Positions 63,861 to 64,000 of a DNA stretch of 64,000 nucleotides are shown here, one piece after another; positions within the stretch are counted from its first letter, which is position 1, and the number at the start of each line of letters is the position of its first letter. The stretch comes from Sphingomonadales bacterium (GTDB taxonomy: Bacteria > Pseudomonadota > Alphaproteobacteria > Sphingomonadales > Govanellaceae): NCBI GenBank assembly GCA_019455285.1, contig JACFMS010000014.1, forward strand, positions 9,925 to 73,924, read 5' to 3'. A model generated the notes under the pieces. The model was given only the letters and a program-made list of their open reading frames with translations. It had not been told where the DNA came from and did no database searches. Both the position numbers and the translations under genes were made by a program.

Positions 63861-64000
63861 CGCCGACACGGCGTTGCGGATGGACTGGGCGGCGGCGGCG
63901 GGCGTGGCCTTAACGCGGCTCGGTTGGTCCCCTGGTGTATTTTGGGCGGCGACGCCGGCGGAACTGCGGCTGGCCTTGAAAGCGCTGACGATCCCACAGG
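63847..64000 (+). CDS. GTA g10.1-type tail assembly protein (5' part only)
   Basis: MTAGDADTALRMDWAAAAGVALTRLGWSPGVFWAATPAELRLALKAL is open to the window end and overlaps g10 by 14 nt. Confidence 0.7.
   Translation, partial: MTAGDADTALRMDWAAAAGVALTRLGWSPGVFWAATPAELRLALKALTIPQ

Larger units (their letters stand above)
51071..64000. mobile_element. RcGTA/HK97-like head-tail gene cluster (gene transfer agent or defective prophage); right end beyond the window
   Basis: Co-linear same-strand genes run regulators, terS, terL, portal, g3.5-like, protease, capsid, connector, closure, gp10, DUF3168, major tail, tail chaperones. Many have ATGA/GTGA overlaps. Confidence 0.88.

Noticed and set aside
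63840-63862. Programmed -1 frameshift joining g10 and g10.1, as in lambda G/GT.
   Set aside because: g10.1 is in the +1 frame relative to g10, no slippery heptamer is visible in the 14-nt overlap, and g10.1 has its own ATG.

Overview
High-GC alphaproteobacterial chromosome; the gene content and the gltD-before-gltB order suggest Rhodospirillales, but this is an inference. From 1 to about 51 kb the window is mostly ordinary core genome. It holds infC-thrS, queG, glutamate synthase gltD-gltB, uppP, tRNA-Leu(CAG), the conserved rnd-lptC-lptA-lptB-rpoN-hpf-ptsN block, a pabB-pabC fusion, an Lrp regulator with an E1-like ThDP enzyme, and a beta-carbonic anhydrase. Three accessory-looking patches interrupt this core. 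The first (17.1-21.3 kb) encodes a secreted coiled-coil protein and a HAF-repeat/OmpA-domain protein. The second (21.4-31.9 kb) is a TonB-receptor locus with two CocE/NonD hydrolases, an AraC regulator and a dimethylglycine-dehydrogenase-like flavoenzyme. The third (39.6-41 kb) is an orphan ParA-like/RHH pair flanked by two SPOR-domain proteins. From about 51.07 kb to the window end lies an RcGTA/HK97-like head-tail cluster: terS, terL, portal, g3.5-like, protease, capsid, connector, closure, gp10-like, DUF3168, major tail and tail chaperones. It is preceded only by an XRE/cI-like repressor and a DUF6456-type putative activator, with no integrase or replication module on the visible flank. The most unusual signals are inside this cluster. 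(1) Two tandem ~80-nt hairpin elements have identical ends and an identical loop motif but compensatory, unrelated upper stems, and sit right after the portal gene. (2) They lie upstream of a near-consensus sigma-54 -24/-12 promoter, a tiny secreted-peptide ORF and a strong terminator. (3) A five-ORF insertion between capsid and connector includes a protein with five HxH motifs spaced exactly 22 residues apart. (4) A near-consensus sigma-70 promoter is overlapped by ATAACC-N5-GGTTAT palindromes and followed by a leader terminator, which suggests repressor plus antitermination control. All functional calls come from reading the translations and motifs by eye; no database search was run.
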